Source: Octopus bimaculoides
Taxonomy: Eukaryota
Direction of reading: 5' to 3'
Assembly: GCF_001194135.2 (NCBI RefSeq)
Contig: NC_068984.1
Location: forward strand, 46,547,731 to 46,611,730
Length of the DNA stretch: 64,000 nt
In this document: positions 62,813 through 64,000 of the stretch, in pieces
Position numbering within the stretch: position 1 is the stretch's first letter
How the letters are laid out: the number at the start of each line of letters is the position of its first letter
Notes under the pieces: generated by a model
Database searches by the model: none
The model's input: only the letters and a program-made list of their open reading frames with translations
What the model was told of the DNA's origin: nothing
Made by a program: the position numbers and the translations under genes

Positions 62813-62975
62813 AACCTCTAAATAAAATTTAAAAAATAATAAATAAAAAAAGAAAGAAGTGGAAATTTTCATGGTGAGTGTGTTAAATTTTAAGGCACAA
62901 TAAGAAAATGACTCTCCCCAGACACAACAGAATATGCTTCAATACACGAAATCACAAATCCAAAAATGAAATATG

Positions 62976-63009
<34 letters not shown>

Positions 63010-63730
63010 NNNNNNNNNNNNNNNNNNNNNNNNNNNNNNNNNNNNNNNNNNNNNNNNNNNNNNNNNNNNNNNNNNNNNNNNNNNNNNNNNNNNNNNNNNN
63101 NNNNNNNNNNNNNNNNNNNNNNNNNNNNNNNNNNNNNNNNNNNNNNNNNNNNNNNNNNNNNNNNNNNNNNNNNNNNNNNNNNNNNNNNNNNNNNNNNNNN
63201 NNNNNNNNNNNNNNNNNNNNNNNNNNNNNNNNNNNNNNNNNNNNNNNNNNNNNNNNNNNNNNNNNNNNNNNNNNNNNNNNNNNNNNNNNNNNNNNNNNNN
63301 NNNNNNNNNNNNNNNNNNNNNNNNNNNNNNNNNNNNNNNNNNNNNNNNNNNNNNNNNNNNNNNNNNNNNNNNNNNNNNNNNNNNNNNNNNNNNNNNNNNN
63401 NNNNNNNNNNNNNNNNNNNNNNNNNNNNNNNNNNNNNNNNNNNNNNNNNNNNNNNNNNNNNNNNNNNNNNNNNNNNNNNNNNNNNNNNNNNNNNNNNNNN
63501 NNNNNNNNNNNNNNNNNNNNNNNNNNNNNNNNNNNNNNNNNNNNNNNNNNNNNNNNNNNNNNNNNNNNNNNNNNNNNNNNNNNNNNNNNNNNNNNNNNNN
63601 NNNNNNNNNATACTGAAAAATAGACGCTAAAGTGTCTATCCACATAAGATATTTTTACTTATATTATTACACCACGTGTCGTAATGAGTGAGGAAAGCAA
63701 GCTAAAAGAAATTCCTAAAACTATAGTTAT

Positions 63731-63790
63731 CGCCGAATCGGTTCCGACTTCTGGATTAATCCAAAGAAGGATTCTTCCTTCATCAGCGAG
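63731..63790 (-). ncRNA. Degenerate hammerhead-like motif
   Basis: CTCG-CTGATGA-AGGAAGAATCCTTCTTTGGATTAATCCA-GAAG-TCGGAACCGA-TT; shares AGGA...TAATCCAG with the 42.9 kb motif. Confidence 0.3.
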
Positions 63791-64000
63791 GAACACTAAA
63801 TGAAGATAAATGAAATATTTACGCATACCCACGGAAAAGCAGATGCAAAGTCATGAATACATTCAAGTACCCCAAATATATCCAAATAGAAATTCCCTAG
63901 CAAGCCTCGACACAAGTGTATGCATACATCCACGCGTTCGGAATTGCGTTCGTGTGTGCATGTGCGTGTGCATGTGTGTGTGTGTGTGTGTGTTTGTGTG

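Overview
AT-rich, microsatellite-dense eukaryotic DNA from a gapped draft assembly (7 N-runs). The tRNA-derived SINE families and LINE types point to an octopus/cephalopod genome (inference). I recognise no intact host gene. Most listed ORFs are frames through microsatellites, N-runs or the antisense strand of repeats. The window is a graveyard of mobile elements: seven Dong/R4-clade REL-LINE pieces (all on +, most abutting (TAA)n tracts), three to four Tx1/L1-clade LINE pieces, a Penelope-like GIY-YIG fragment, a Gypsy LTR-gag fragment, Tc1 and mariner remnants, and about 20 SINEs of three families. The most notable signal is RNA-structural. A ~530-bp fold-back at 57171-57700 carries a complete type I hammerhead ribozyme motif in each arm, pointing outwards. 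Further hammerhead-like motifs occur at 10.3, 42.9 and 63.8 kb, two of them with a CCGAUGA core variant. Other candidates are a pre-miRNA-sized hairpin at 45.8 kb, internally deleted LINEs, a fold-back at a LINE breakpoint, and possible decayed host coding sequence (minus strand 53.5-60.7 kb; EF-hand-like at 43.7 kb). All structures and translations were read by eye; none was confirmed computationally. Repeat boundaries are approximate unless a TSD is quoted.
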